DNA of 32,000 bases, taken from contig CAVRAI010000013.1 of the NCBI GenBank assembly GCA_963718915.1, positions 60,001-92,000 on the forward strand, in the 5' to 3' direction. The notes under the pieces are model-generated. The model was not told the DNA's origin. It was given only the letters and a program-made list of their open reading frames with translations, and did no database searches. The DNA comes from an uncultured Chloroflexia bacterium. Its GTDB lineage: Bacteria > Chloroflexota > Ktedonobacteria > Ktedonobacterales > JADMIN01. This document shows positions 30,398-32,000 of the stretch, one piece after another; the first letter of the stretch is position 1; each line of letters starts with the position of its first letter. The translations under genes were made by a program, and so were the position numbers.

Positions 30398-30503
30398 AGT
30401 AATCCCCTCTGCGGACAACCGAAATGCCGGACTTTCTGGCAGACTGACGCTATATTAGCATACCGTTGACAATCTTGGTATCCAACTAAGCTGCGCAACC
30501 CAT

Positions 30504-31481
30504 TTATGCTAGGTCGGATGGTAGGTCTTGCGGTGTCGCTTCTTCGTTCGAGAAGGCCCAGAGCCGGGACTCTGCCAGATCGGCGAGGTGGACAAGCCAC
30601 GCTTCGACTGTGTGCGGCTCGCGCGCCGCGCCCCACTCCTGCCTGCCGTGGTGTGCAAGGATCGCGTGCATCAGGTTATCGAGCCGGCCGGCTGGCAGCG
30701 GATCATCGAGCAGGCGTGCGGCGCGTTCGACAGCAAGAACGCTCAAAGTTACATGGTCATAGAGATCGGCGGTCGCTGGGAATACAGCGCCAGCTAGCGC
30801 GGGGAGCGTACGTAGTTTGCCGATATCATGAAGTAGCGCGGCTGCTACGGCGAGGGATCGATCGTATGCCAGACCGTCGAGACCATAGGCGTCCGCAATG
30901 CGCTGGACGAGTTCGGCGACGCGCAGACTGTGGGCGAGAAGCCCGTGGCGGACGGCGCCGTGCCGGTGATGAGCGGCCGGCCAGGTGCAGAAATCGTCAA
31001 GCACATCGCTGCAGAGAACCGATTGCACCAGAACGCGCATCTGGTCATCCAGACTGGCGGAGACCTCATCGAGTTCAGCGAGCAACGCAGGGAGTGATCG
31101 GCGCGTCGCCCGCACAAATGGGCCGAGGTCGGCATCTGGAACAGTCAAAGCGCCAGTGATGCGGAGCTGGCGCTCGCCGTTAAACACGTCTACGAATCCG
31201 CTGATGTGGTAGACCTCTCCCTGCATGGGACAGTCGGTGGGCGCATGTGGGAAGTGCCACCAGCGCGCCTCGACGGTTGCGCCGCCAGCGCATTGGAGTG
31301 TCATGGCCACGTAGGGCCGGTTGCTCCGATCAGTGCGCAGCTCGGAGCGCACGATCAAAACGGCGCCTGAGATCGTTGAGTTGATCGGAGCATTCTCCAG
31401 GTGTCTGCGCTCAAGAATCTTACTGTTTGCGGCATCCGGAACGATACTTGACTCATCGGTTGCAGTGTTGCGCTGAATCAT
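30504..31481 (-). CDS. OB-fold plus HD-domain phosphohydrolase, YhaM-like (3'-5' exoribonuclease family)
   Basis: N-terminal OB-like segment (LIVRSELRTDRSNRPYVAMTLQ...GEVYHISGFVDVFNGERQLRI). HD domain with HHRHGAVRHGLLAHSL, ALLHDIGK and ILAHHG. Confidence 0.75.
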   Translation of the reverse strand: MIQRNTATDESSIVPDAANSKILERRHLENAPINSTISGAVLIVRSELRTDRSNRPYVAMTLQCAGGATVEARWWHFPHAPTDCPMQGEVYHISGFVDVFNGERQLRITGALTVPDADLGPFVRATRRSLPALLAELDEVSASLDDQMRVLVQSVLCSDVLDDFCTWPAAHHRHGAVRHGLLAHSLRVAELVQRIADAYGLDGLAYDRSLAVAAALLHDIGKLRTLPALAGAVFPATADLYDHVTLSVLAVERAARLLDDPLPAGRLDNLMHAILAHHGRQEWGAAREPHTVEAWLVHLADLAESRLWAFSNEEATPQDLPSDLA

Positions 31482-31768
31482 GTGGCTGCGATTTCCTTCC
31501 TGATACTTCCGTGACGATACGACTACTAGGTGAAGTACGCTTCATCGCAAGGGTACACGGATGTCTCCGCAGAGATTACGGAAACGGAATCGGATTTTTT
31601 CGCTTCGGTAAACAGGCCAAAACACAAGCAGGATGTGAATAGTTGTTCAGAAGGCGTTAGCCTAACTGCGCCAGGAGAATCCATCGGTGTGGCCCTCGTG
31701 ATACGAACACGAAATTTAGAAGCTGCCTGAATTGACCTGCACCGCAAGTAGGTTCACCGATGATGTGA

Positions 31769-32000
31769 GACGGCGGGGAGCTTGAGGTGATACATACCCT
31801 GACACGAGCGCAACCGGTCGGGTGGACGGGCTATCATCGCCGGATCGATGGCCAAATGCTGCGCGAGGTGGCCTGGCCTCTTGATGAGCCGCCGCTGGCG
31901 TTCATCTGTGGCCCAACACCGTTTGTCGAGACCGCCGCAGCGAGCCTTGTAGCGCTGGGCTATGAGGCAGCACGCATCAAGACCGAGCGGTTTGGGCCAA
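31769..32000 (+). pseudogene. C-terminal ~75 aa of a ferredoxin-reductase-like (FNR family) oxidoreductase; the N-terminal part is absent, and it runs off the window end
   Basis: The translation ...VIHTLTRAQPVGWTGYHRRIDGQMLREVAWPLDEPPLAFICGPTPFVETAAASLVALGYEAARIKTERFGP is the typical NAD-binding C-terminus. There is an in-frame TGA at 31766-31768, and the upstream space is occupied by the minus-strand HD gene. Confidence 0.65.

Overview
This is a high-GC (roughly 60% by eye) bacterial chromosomal window. Family content suggests Chloroflexota or Actinobacteria, but I cannot assign taxonomy from sequence alone.

The right half (about 15.1-31.8 kb) is a type I CRISPR-Cas island, entirely on the minus strand. 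In transcription order it contains:
- an OB-fold/HD (YhaM-like) nuclease gene
- a WYL-domain regulator
- cas8-cas7-cas5-cas3-cas6-cas1-cas2-cas4
- a hairpin and an AT-rich leader with a near-consensus promoter
- a 63-repeat, 62-spacer array (15362-20008; 37-nt repeat, minus-strand form GTTTCAACCATCACGACCCGACCGAGGGTACTGAAAG)

Both flanks of the island carry truncated gene fragments: a DUF45-like metallohydrolase C-terminus on the left and a ferredoxin-reductase-like C-terminus on the right.

The left half carries ordinary or accessory genes:
- a large DUF4062 / NB-ARC / TPR STAND NTPase
- a HAD-IIA hydrolase
- an alpha/beta hydrolase
- a RibD_C-type DHFR-family protein
- a DUF4177 plus membrane-protein pair
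- a MIP/aquaporin channel
- a toastrack-like protein
- an ICMT-family methyltransferase
- small membrane proteins
- a 670-nt non-coding stretch with hairpin-forming direct repeats

A dominant technical or biological feature is that at least about 18 single-base frame breaks interrupt the STAND gene, the alpha/beta hydrolase, cas6, cas3, cas5 (probable), cas8 and the WYL gene. In most cases I could resolve, the frame is restored by lengthening or shortening a short homopolymer. Sequencing error is therefore at least as likely as true pseudogenisation.

The most interesting signals:
- an orphan repeat-derived sequence at the cas6/cas1 junction
- strong GCATGC enrichment in the spacers
- biased spacer-end nucleotides
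- the OB-HD nuclease plus WYL association with the cas operon
- the mini-array-like hairpin repeats at 13.64-13.82 kb

I found no clearly new multi-gene system beyond these.
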